From Gammaproteobacteria bacterium F7 (GTDB taxonomy: Bacteria; Pseudomonadota; Gammaproteobacteria; Pseudomonadales; IMCC2047), in NCBI GenBank assembly GCA_001593685.1, contig LUKI01000002.1, positions 16,077 to 80,076 on the forward strand: a stretch of 64,000 nt of DNA, given 5' to 3'. The translations under genes were made by a program, and so were the position numbers. The notes below the pieces were generated by a model, which worked only from the letters and a program-made list of their open reading frames with translations, was not told the DNA's origin and did no database searches. Positions 34,984-43,457 of the stretch are shown in pieces; the first letter of the stretch is position 1, and the number at the start of each line of letters is the position of its first letter.

Positions 34984-36237
34984 ATGCGATTATACCCAAT
35001 AATGGACACGACCAAAGAAAACGACCTCACTTATGAGGAAAATTCTAACAATTACCCACCTGCAAAGGCGCCAATTTCACCCGTTCTCTCATTTTCCAGT
35101 TTTTCGGGAAATGATCATCAAAACGCACCTTCAATCGCCAGCGCCAAATATAAACGTTTTGTCACCAGTGGACGAATCGCCACGGCACTCGCCCTAATCA
35201 ATGAAAACATTGGCGCAGGCGATGAAGTTCTTGTGCCAGCCTACCACTGTGAATCTATGGTAGCGCCGGTTCGTCATACTGGTGCAACGGCTGTGTTTTA
35301 CCGAATTAATGCTGACACCAGTATAAACATAGACTCAATTACTGAGCTGCTCACCCCAAAAACAAAAGTAATTGTTGTGACGCACTTTTTTGGTTTTCCG
35401 CAAAATGTTAAAGAATTAAGGTCTTTTTGCGATCAGCATGACCTGATTATGATTGAAGACTGTGCGCATAGTTTTTTTGGTAAATTTTGCGGCCATCCAG
35501 TGGGCTATTATGCGGATTACGCCATTGCTAGCACGATGAAGTTTTTCCCCGTATTTGATGGGGGTCTCCTCGCGTCAAATAAGCATCCGCTTAACCAAAT
35601 CAAACTTGAAAAGCCCAGCGTTCACATGGAAGTAAAGGCTTTTTTAACCATCATTGAACGCGCTATTTCATTCAACCGGTTGTCATTCGTCGGAAAAATT
35701 TTAGGTTTTTTCACGCGTATCAAAGATTATCTTTGGAGCGCAATAAAAGCTGTTTTTTTCAAAGATCGTGGGTCAGCTTCAATTGGCCCTAGCGCGGCAG
35801 AGGGAGGGTTCTCATTTGATCCGGCCTGGTTAAATACCAAAGCAAGTAAAGTCAGCCGTTTTATCATCAAAAAAACGGCCATGACTGAGCTTGTAAAAAA
35901 GCGCCGTCAAACCTATATGCGATATGTTGAAGCCCTGAAAGACATCGAAGGCTGCCATATATTGCATACAAAACTGGCTGATCACATCGCTCCAGTCGTC
36001 GTTCCTGTTTACTTTAATCACTGCGCACAGGTCTTCGATAAGCTCAAAAAGAAAGGTGTTCCAATATGGCATTTCGGTGAGTTTTTGGACCCAGAAGTGA
36101 GCGTTTCCACGTGTCCTATTAGCTATGAATACTCTCAAAAAGTCATTCAATTTCCCTGTCACCAAGAGCTAAAAGAAAAGGAGATTGAGTGGGTGATTAG
36201 AGAGATAAAAGCCACATGCTTAGCAGCAAACAAATAG
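34984..36237 (+). CDS. DegT/DnrJ/EryC1/StrS-family (PLP sugar aminotransferase-like) protein
   Basis: GDEVLVPAYHCESMV, VVTHFFGFP...IEDCAHSF and a candidate PLP-Lys in ASTMKFF. Divergent from the ACP gene. Confidence 0.6.
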   Translation: MRLYPIMDTTKENDLTYEENSNNYPPAKAPISPVLSFSSFSGNDHQNAPSIASAKYKRFVTSGRIATALALINENIGAGDEVLVPAYHCESMVAPVRHTGATAVFYRINADTSINIDSITELLTPKTKVIVVTHFFGFPQNVKELRSFCDQHDLIMIEDCAHSFFGKFCGHPVGYYADYAIASTMKFFPVFDGGLLASNKHPLNQIKLEKPSVHMEVKAFLTIIERAISFNRLSFVGKILGFFTRIKDYLWSAIKAVFFKDRGSASIGPSAAEGGFSFDPAWLNTKASKVSRFIIKKTAMTELVKKRRQTYMRYVEALKDIEGCHILHTKLADHIAPVVVPVYFNHCAQVFDKLKKKGVPIWHFGEFLDPEVSVSTCPISYEYSQKVIQFPCHQELKEKEIEWVIREIKATCLAANK

Positions 36238-36342
36238 AAGTATTGATATATATCCCCTTACTTCTTGTCTAAAGCTGTCCAACCAAATAACCTTCTTAGT
36301 ATATTTTTTAAATTTTCGTGGTTTTATTGCTGGGTATTTACA

Positions 36343-37098
36343 ATGACTAAATCAAAATCAACAAACGTCAAAAAAAATAATATTTTCTACTTAGCTAATG
36401 TACTAATAGTACTAACAACCTCTTTAATAGCAAGTAGCACGATATACGCTGTACCGCCTAAAGACCCGAGCTTATTAGTCTCAACAGCCCAACCACTTCC
36501 GGATCCGGGCTGGCCAGGATTAACTCTCACAGGCGTTACATGTAAAGCACACTACTCAAAACCATCAAACTTTGGCCCTTTTGACTACACGAACCCGGGA
36601 CATCGAGGTACAGAGCTATTTTTAGTTGAGTCAACACACTTCACCAAAGATGTAGAGACGTTAAAAAGAGGCCATTCTTCAACTGAACCTGACGGAGATT
36701 TAGACTACACCTTAAGAGCCTTCCCAAACCATCATCGTGCGCTATATGCAATGAGCCGATACCAGTTAAAAACGAAAGGAAAAACGAATTATGGCAAGCC
36801 TGAGTGCTACTTCCAGCGAGCAATAAAACTCAAGCCAAACGATCACCGTGTTTACCAGTTATATGCACACTATTTAAAGAAAAAGAAAATGCTCTCAATG
36901 GCAGTAAAAACCTATCAGCAAGCGCTAACTTATAAACCTGCTCCGGCGGACATGTATTACAGCTTGGGTATGCTCCAGTTTAAAATGAAGGATTATTCCG
37001 GTGCCGTTGAAAACGCAAAGCTAGCCAAAGACGCCGGCTTTAAAAAAACAACATTAATCAAAAAACTAAAAGCAGCAAATCAATGGCCATCCAGTTAA
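36343..37098 (+). CDS. Secreted TPR-like repeat protein of unknown function
   Basis: Signal peptide from M27 of the ORF. The C-terminal half has TPR-like helical pairs (YFQRAIKLKPNDHRVYQLYAHYL..., YQQALTYKPAPADMYYSLGML). Start uncertain; a TTG at 36265 is possible. Confidence 0.5.
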   Translation: MTKSKSTNVKKNNIFYLANVLIVLTTSLIASSTIYAVPPKDPSLLVSTAQPLPDPGWPGLTLTGVTCKAHYSKPSNFGPFDYTNPGHRGTELFLVESTHFTKDVETLKRGHSSTEPDGDLDYTLRAFPNHHRALYAMSRYQLKTKGKTNYGKPECYFQRAIKLKPNDHRVYQLYAHYLKKKKMLSMAVKTYQQALTYKPAPADMYYSLGMLQFKMKDYSGAVENAKLAKDAGFKKTTLIKKLKAANQWPSS

Positions 37099-37126
37099 CT
37101 GGCTATTTATAGAAGGAACCTAATTC

Positions 37127-38950
37127 GTGGCTAGTATTTCTGGTATTGTGTCTAAGGGCTTAGACGCAGAAAACTACAATTTATCGACTATAACCTCGCC
37201 TGATAAGAGCAACTGTATCCAGTCTGATCGAATCTTTGCATCGCAGCAGGATGGCGGCCATCTTTACCAACTGGGCAGCATTGTCATTTTATTTACAGGC
37301 GCTCCTTACTGGCAGGAGAATAGTCCTGAAAACAGCTTAACGAATCCAGCTATTCAGGAAAAGCTTGCTACTACATACCTTGAGCAGGGTAATCAGGTAT
37401 TAACGAGCATTCGTGGCCATTTCGCACTTGCTATAGTCAACCTATCATCTAATGACGCATTACTTGCCACTGATCGTATTGGAGTTCACCGCCTTTACTG
37501 GCACCAAACGGCTTCTGGTGATCTGATTTTCAGCACTCGCCTTAGAAATATTAAAGCAATCTGCAATCAAGAGTTTAATATTTCCAGTAATGCCGTTTAT
37601 AACTATATGTATTTTCATATGGTACCAACTCCGCTCAGCATCTATGAAGGCATTCAAAAATTACCTCCTGCACAAGCACTATCATTTAGTGAAAGCTCGG
37701 CAACCTTAACCTCGTCCTGGGTGCCTAAATTTGTAGAAGAAAATAACTGCGATGAAGATGCTTTATCAGCAGAGTTGCTTACCACAATAGAACAATCTGT
37801 TTCCTCATCTTTAAAGCCAGAAAATAAAAATGCGGCATTCCTAAGCGGGGGCATTGATAGTTCAACGGTTGTGGGCATGATGTCCCGTATTCAAGAAGGA
37901 ACAACCGATAGTTACTGTATCGGGTTCGATGCTGAACAATATGATGAAACGCCCTTTGCCAGAATCACTGCTGAACACTTCTCGGCAAAGCTTCACGAGC
38001 ACAGTGTGACGCCTGATGACGTGGTAAGCATCGTCCCCAAAATTGCACAAACCTATGAGGAACCTTTTGGAAATTCATCAGCTGTCCCAGCCTATTACTG
38101 TGCAAAATTTGCCCATGACGATGGTGTAACTACAATGCTGGCCGGTGATGGTGGCGACGAACTATTTGCCGGTAATGAGCGCTATGCCACACAGGATTAT
38201 TACCAATATTATTTATCAGTACCTAAAGCTCTGAGAAAATACGTATTTGACCCTATTTTTCTCAACCTGCCAAATTGGTTTCCTCTATCATCCAAGATTA
38301 AAAGCTATGTTTCCCATGCGAATATCCCGCTGCCAGAACGTTTACAAGTTTATAATTTCTTACATCGCCACCCTCCAGAGGAGTTGTTTAACCACAACTT
38401 CTTAAGGTCAGTAGATGTCAACTTACCTATAACGCTCCAAAAAAAGCAGTATCACAAACCAGATAACGCATCACCACTCCACCGCATGCTGTACTTTGAT
38501 TGGCAATTCACTCTTGCCGATAATGATTTACGCAAAGTAAGCACTATGTGTGAATTAGCCAATATACATGTCGAATATCCCTTGATATCTGACGAACTGC
38601 TCGAGCTATCCCTCCAAGTCCCTCCAACATTAAAACTGAGGGATAAAAAACTTCGCTATTTCTTCAAAAAAGCCATGCGAGGCTTTCTCAACGATAAAAC
38701 TATCAGTAAATCAAAACACGGTTTTGGCCTCCCATTTGGTGTTTGGCTAAGTGACTATGAACCACTCAATAAGCTGGCCTACGACAGTTTGGAGAACCTG
38801 AAAAAACGTGAAATCTTCAACCCTGAATTCATTTCGAAAGCCGTCGACATGCATTCAAATCAACACGCTGCCTACTATGGAGAGCTTATCTGGATCATGA
38901 TGATGCTGGAGCTTTGGTTACAAAAAAATATTGACGAGCCTCATGTCTAA
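37127..38950 (+). CDS. Asparagine synthetase B-family protein lacking the N-terminal Cys nucleophile (ATP-dependent amide-forming enzyme)
   Basis: GTG start 8 nt after AAGGAA gives MASISGIV..., versus canonical MCGIAGI. There is no HRGPD motif. The PP-loop AFLSGGIDSS and the synthetase domain are intact. Confidence 0.75.
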   Translation: MASISGIVSKGLDAENYNLSTITSPDKSNCIQSDRIFASQQDGGHLYQLGSIVILFTGAPYWQENSPENSLTNPAIQEKLATTYLEQGNQVLTSIRGHFALAIVNLSSNDALLATDRIGVHRLYWHQTASGDLIFSTRLRNIKAICNQEFNISSNAVYNYMYFHMVPTPLSIYEGIQKLPPAQALSFSESSATLTSSWVPKFVEENNCDEDALSAELLTTIEQSVSSSLKPENKNAAFLSGGIDSSTVVGMMSRIQEGTTDSYCIGFDAEQYDETPFARITAEHFSAKLHEHSVTPDDVVSIVPKIAQTYEEPFGNSSAVPAYYCAKFAHDDGVTTMLAGDGGDELFAGNERYATQDYYQYYLSVPKALRKYVFDPIFLNLPNWFPLSSKIKSYVSHANIPLPERLQVYNFLHRHPPEELFNHNFLRSVDVNLPITLQKKQYHKPDNASPLHRMLYFDWQFTLADNDLRKVSTMCELANIHVEYPLISDELLELSLQVPPTLKLRDKKLRYFFKKAMRGFLNDKTISKSKHGFGLPFGVWLSDYEPLNKLAYDSLENLKKREIFNPEFISKAVDMHSNQHAAYYGELIWIMMMLELWLQKNIDEPHV

Positions 38951-39914
38951 ACTAATTCCTGACTTTGTTTTCCGCCGGTTATTTGATGCGCTATCGCTCT
39001 CTGAATCAAAACTAAACATTCTTATCTATCACCGAGTTTTAGCTGAACCGGATCCATTACGCCCGTGGGAAATAGATGCTAAGAACTTTGAGAATCATCT
39101 AAGCTGGCTGACAAATACCTTTAATGTCATCCCTCTCCGTGATGGCGTGCAAGCGATGCGTGATGGCACTTTAAAAAATCGTAGCCTGTGCATTACTTTC
39201 GATGACGGCTATTTAGACAACCTTGAGGTTGCACTACCTCTTCTAAAAAAATATAAAATGCCAGCAACTTTTTTTTGCACATCAGCCTTTATTGGTGGTG
39301 GCATGATGTGGAATGACCAGATAATAGAAGCCGTTCGAAGCTGGCCTTCAGAAAGCATCAGCGTATCTGAATTGGCTTTAGATAATTTACCCTTAAATAC
39401 GCTTGAAGATCGCGCAAAAAGCGCCGAGAAAATACTTAATAAGCTGAAATACATTGAGAAAACAGGGCGAGCGAATATTGCTCAAACACTGTTTGAAGAG
39501 TCTGGGGCTAACCCAGGCCAGCAGATGATGTCCGCTAAAGAAATTCTTCACATGCATAATCAGGGAATGGAAATCGGTGGCCACACTCACAACCACCCTA
39601 TTTTATCCAATCTAAATAGCGATAATGCCCGTTACGAGATTGAACATAACAAGAAAACCCTAGAGGCCATTATTAACCAGAAAATCAGCTCTTTTGCATA
39701 CCCGAACGGCAAACCTGGAAAGGACTTTTTAGTCGAACATAGCCAAATGGTTTCCGACTTAGGCTATGAAACTGCTGTATCAACTTCACCCGGCGTCAGC
39801 GACCATGACACCAACACATTGCAACTCCCTCGTTTCACCCCTTGGGATAAGTCGAGAGACAAGTTTTTACTCCGTTTGGCTCTAAATCACTTTCAAAAAA
39901 CATCTTTCGCCTAG
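38943..39914 (+). CDS. Polysaccharide deacetylase (NodB/CE4 family)
   Basis: CITFDDGYLDN, GGHTHNHP and AYPNG motifs. The start overlaps the AsnB-like stop by 8 nt (20 nt if the TTG at 38931 is used). Confidence 0.8.
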   Translation: MSKLIPDFVFRRLFDALSLSESKLNILIYHRVLAEPDPLRPWEIDAKNFENHLSWLTNTFNVIPLRDGVQAMRDGTLKNRSLCITFDDGYLDNLEVALPLLKKYKMPATFFCTSAFIGGGMMWNDQIIEAVRSWPSESISVSELALDNLPLNTLEDRAKSAEKILNKLKYIEKTGRANIAQTLFEESGANPGQQMMSAKEILHMHNQGMEIGGHTHNHPILSNLNSDNARYEIEHNKKTLEAIINQKISSFAYPNGKPGKDFLVEHSQMVSDLGYETAVSTSPGVSDHDTNTLQLPRFTPWDKSRDKFLLRLALNHFQKTSFA

Positions 39915-39933
39915 TCGGCTAACATTATAATAG

Positions 39934-41394
39934 CTAGTCTTTATTAACGGGGCCTATGTAGTCTTTAGCAACGACAAAATTGTCTATGTATACCGTTTGT
40001 TCAAAAGGAGACGGATCAAGCCCGCCATGGTAGATATTCATCCACACCTCTTCGATTTTAAGCTTATCGCTGGTGCGGAACTGAAGATTTTTTCGTTCGA
40101 AAACTTTTCGCCCATCAAGCCAGGCTATTAGCTCACCATCAGCTTCTCCCGGTGTATTTAAACGAACAAACTGCTCAATACAGTACCAGGTATTATTTTT
40201 TAACAGCGCTGCATTTCCCATATTCCAAGCCCAGGTATTCCCATAGTTACCACCTTGCCCCAAATGGTAAACATAACTGCCCATCGGCGTAACTCTGTCG
40301 CCCCCTTGCTTGAGAGTTTTAATAAACGCCCCTCGAGTTGACCAGCCATTCGTGCCATTAGGCTTTCTACTTCCCCAACCGGCTGTGTTATAGGTACCAG
40401 CAAAACCTGGCATTTTCCCCCCAGACATCACTTGATTCCAGTTATCACCAAGCCTGAGGTAATAACGGAAATAAGCCTGCTCCGGTTCAGGGATACCGTT
40501 TTCGGAAAACTTAAAGCGCTGGTTCAAGGCTAAGTTCTGGCCTTTCCCCATGGTTGCAGCAATTGATCGACCTGAAAAGGGCTCATATTTGTTAGCTCCT
40601 GAACTAATGACCTCTCCCATTTTCCCGCCATCGCTCCACCCTTCCTCCCAGTCACGAGATTCAAAATTACTGGCGAAATAAACCTGTGGATTAGTATTCA
40701 AGCCATTATCCCAAGAATAGGAAGATGCTAGCCCCTGCTTAATTTCAGCAGGTTTACTTGTGCGAGGCGCTGGCGTTATTTCAAATACACCGACTTTAAT
40801 CTTGTCACGCCGATAAAGTTTCTGAACAGACAATTCAAGATAAGCGTTCTCAATTACTTCGCCATCAGGCAAAAGAGAGAAATCAAAATCCAATAAAATT
40901 GGGGTGTAGGTCGTCACCTGTAATTTATTTTGCGTCCCCAATGGCTTATAGGTCGTGGAGTTTAAATAGGTATCTTGTACAGGGTTCAGAATAACCCGAT
41001 TAAAGCTCGTCAATACGACTAACTTAGGCCTTAGCTCTTGGGCCCCGGATTGTAGGCTATGAAACTCTATAACACTGGAACCTTCGAGGCCGCGTAAATA
41101 AAAGCCATTAGTGTCAAAGTTACGCGTTTTCCACAGGTTAACGAGCCCGGTAACATCAATACGCACCTTACCGCCATAAGGCTCTGCAGTAACGACCATC
41201 TCAGAGAACGGGTCTCGCCCCCATGCCTTGCCCTGAGCATCAGTCCAATCTCCTAACTGCTTATCCCATGGCAGTTTTGCAGCGGCATTGTAAAAATCTC
41301 TGGTGGCCGTTGCTTCACCCCATTTGGCAGCATGCGCTGGTGAAACCATCAGGCAAAACAACAAAAATAAAAGTGTCACTCGCTCAATTTTCAC
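39934..41394 (-). CDS. Secreted concanavalin-like / polysaccharide-lyase-like protein (PF14099-type, tentative)
   Basis: Signal peptide ...SPAHA|AKW. The C-terminal GGKMPGF...GW.STRG...NTWYCIEQFVRLNTPGEADGELIAWLDGRKVF...VYIDNFVV resembles the heparin-lyase-I/PL14-like jelly-roll family. Confidence 0.45.
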   Translation of the reverse strand: MKIERVTLLFLLFCLMVSPAHAAKWGEATATRDFYNAAAKLPWDKQLGDWTDAQGKAWGRDPFSEMVVTAEPYGGKVRIDVTGLVNLWKTRNFDTNGFYLRGLEGSSVIEFHSLQSGAQELRPKLVVLTSFNRVILNPVQDTYLNSTTYKPLGTQNKLQVTTYTPILLDFDFSLLPDGEVIENAYLELSVQKLYRRDKIKVGVFEITPAPRTSKPAEIKQGLASSYSWDNGLNTNPQVYFASNFESRDWEEGWSDGGKMGEVISSGANKYEPFSGRSIAATMGKGQNLALNQRFKFSENGIPEPEQAYFRYYLRLGDNWNQVMSGGKMPGFAGTYNTAGWGSRKPNGTNGWSTRGAFIKTLKQGGDRVTPMGSYVYHLGQGGNYGNTWAWNMGNAALLKNNTWYCIEQFVRLNTPGEADGELIAWLDGRKVFERKNLQFRTSDKLKIEEVWMNIYHGGLDPSPFEQTVYIDNFVVAKDYIGPVNKD

Positions 41395-41428
41395 AATAAA
41401 ACCAACGTAGTTTGTAGTTATAGGCTAC

Positions 41429-43309
41429 CTATAATGCGACATTTAGTTGTATGCGGAATTCCCTGCCAGGATTGGAAAACCCAACCGTTTCCTCATAACC
41501 ACTGTTAAACAGGTTATTCGCTATAAATTTTAATTCAACCCCGTCATTTAACCGCCACCCTAACGTGCTATCAACTTTCGTATAACCCGTCATTTTGATA
41601 AAGCCTGTACGCACCGAGCTATCAAAAAAGCTGTCGACATAGTTAGCACGCACATCCAGGTAGTGACTATCCTGAGGTTGCCAGAGCAACGAAACGCCAC
41701 CGGTCCAATCCGGACGACGCCTTAGTTTCACACCCGCATCCGCTGAGTAACCCGTATAGGTCACATACAAGGACGTTTGGACTTGCTGATTCGGCAGATA
41801 GGTCAATTTAAGTTCCTGCCCGCTAGCCACAACCTTCGAGCGGTTTACATTAGTAAACAGTACTGGATCGAAGTCGACCAAATCAGTGTACCGGTTATAA
41901 AAGTAGGTTGCCGCCAGCTTTAACTGGCCTCCTAGCAACATTTGCTCAACACCAACTGAAGCATTTTTACTGAATTCAGGCTGCAAAGCCGCATTACCAA
42001 CCAGCGGGTGCCCCAATGCAAAGAAGCTGGGCAACTTGAAACCTTCGCCATAATTGAGCAAAACATCAGTTCCTGTTTTTGCTACGTGATAGTGCGACGC
42101 AAGCCGGTAAGTCGTTTCCTCAATACCGTCTGCATCATCACGACGCACGCCCCCCGTCATACTAAACGCATCCGAAAACTGGTGATTTAACTCAACAAAT
42201 CCGGCACGAATACGACGCTCAATCTTAAAGTTGGCTGGCACGGGGATACCAAAGTCAATAAAACTATCGAACTCGCCTTTTTCTTTGCTCCATTCCGCTC
42301 CAACCCCCAAAGTAGTCTTTTCTGACAATGTCAGAGTATTCGTCACATTGACCCGACTATTTCGATATTTGGAATCACTCGTAACGGCAGGGACAGCCGC
42401 TAAAACACCAGCGGCAATACCCGGGTTATCAAGCACCTCATCATGAACACTATGGGCTGCAGACACATCCACTCGCCACCAATCACTCAACGACCAGCCC
42501 ATAGATCCGCCAAGATTATTTTGCTCAAACTCGCGCTTTTCCGCCTCCCGAATAACCGCTAACTGATCGCCGCCGCTATCCTCAGGAAAGGATGACGAGT
42601 TACCCTTTGCGTGAAAGAAATTCAACTTCCAATCAACCTCAGCACCCGCTTTGGAATTTAACTTAACATTGAGCTGACTGCGTGTTAAAGAATCGCCCTG
42701 AACCGCATGCCCGCCATCTCGATAAGCACCAGAAACATTGGCAACCGCTCCCTCGCCAACTGGAGTGGCAATATGGAAAGCGCCCGCAGATTGACCATCA
42801 CTACCCCCCTCTAGCGTAAGCACCTGAGTTTCATATTGTTCACTCAATGTCGTAATGCTGACCACACCACCTAACGCTTCAGAGCCGTATACCGATGACA
42901 ACCCACCAAAGTAGACATCAACACTTTTGATTAACAGAGGGTCCAAGCCGACAAAGTCATAGCCACCGCCACGCGAGTTAATAATGTCGTTGACCTTAAC
43001 GCCGTCAATCATCACAACAGTGAAGTTAGGCTCTCCCCCGCGAAGCGAGATAAAGGTTAAACCGCCTTTGCCCCCCTGCTGGGTGACGCCAACGCCCGGT
43101 ACATTTCTTAACAAATCAACAACGGTCACAGGCGCTATCGCCAATACTTCTTGCCGGGATAAACGGTGACGATCAACATGTTTAAGTGCAAGTTCATTTT
43201 TGACAACAGTCCCGGTAACTTCCAGCTCTTTAACGTTGCCTTCACCTGCCTGTGAATTACTTCCATATATGGCTAAAAGAGCCAATAACGCCATGCGGTA
43301 ACTTGTCAA
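41429..43309 (-). CDS. TonB-dependent outer-membrane receptor (BtuB-size class)
   Basis: Signal peptide, plug-domain motifs (VTVVDLLRNVPGV, ISLRGG, VMIDGV..ND) and a C-terminal beta-barrel with a terminal aromatic-rich strand. Confidence 0.85.
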   Translation of the reverse strand: MTSYRMALLALLAIYGSNSQAGEGNVKELEVTGTVVKNELALKHVDRHRLSRQEVLAIAPVTVVDLLRNVPGVGVTQQGGKGGLTFISLRGGEPNFTVVMIDGVKVNDIINSRGGGYDFVGLDPLLIKSVDVYFGGLSSVYGSEALGGVVSITTLSEQYETQVLTLEGGSDGQSAGAFHIATPVGEGAVANVSGAYRDGGHAVQGDSLTRSQLNVKLNSKAGAEVDWKLNFFHAKGNSSSFPEDSGGDQLAVIREAEKREFEQNNLGGSMGWSLSDWWRVDVSAAHSVHDEVLDNPGIAAGVLAAVPAVTSDSKYRNSRVNVTNTLTLSEKTTLGVGAEWSKEKGEFDSFIDFGIPVPANFKIERRIRAGFVELNHQFSDAFSMTGGVRRDDADGIEETTYRLASHYHVAKTGTDVLLNYGEGFKLPSFFALGHPLVGNAALQPEFSKNASVGVEQMLLGGQLKLAATYFYNRYTDLVDFDPVLFTNVNRSKVVASGQELKLTYLPNQQVQTSLYVTYTGYSADAGVKLRRRPDWTGGVSLLWQPQDSHYLDVRANYVDSFFDSSVRTGFIKMTGYTKVDSTLGWRLNDGVELKFIANNLFNSGYEETVGFSNPGREFRIQLNVAL

Positions 43310-43369
43310 AACGATCCCCTGTCAGTGTGTAATTGGAGGGCGATTTTTACACAAGCATCAACTGAGTAA

Positions 43370-43383
43370 AACAATCAATTGTT
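43370..43383. promoter_or_regulatory. 14-bp palindrome AACAAT-CA-ATTGTT in the divergent receptor / dehydrogenase promoter region
   Basis: Perfect 6-bp arms, centrally placed in the 148-bp divergent intergenic region. Candidate operator with no known match. Confidence 0.3.
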
Positions 43384-43457
43384 ACAAATTGCCCTCGTTA
43401 CGCCGCTATGCTAACGTCGCTGCCAAAATACCACCGGATTTAGGTTAAGGATTCCCT

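Noticed and set aside
37127-38950. Idea that the Cys-less AsnB paralog is the missing lasso cyclase for the PqqD/kinase/NTase triad
   Set aside because: It lies 23 kb away and is embedded in, and translationally coupled with, polysaccharide genes. There is no transglutaminase-like B2 protease or precursor nearby. Cys-less AsnB homologs also occur in glycan amidation contexts.
43310-43457. Cobalamin riboswitch upstream of the BtuB-sized TonB-dependent receptor
   Set aside because: Reading the minus-strand leader, I found no B12-box (GCCACTG-like) and no conserved GGTG..AATCC core. The region is only 148 bp and is shared with a divergent promoter.
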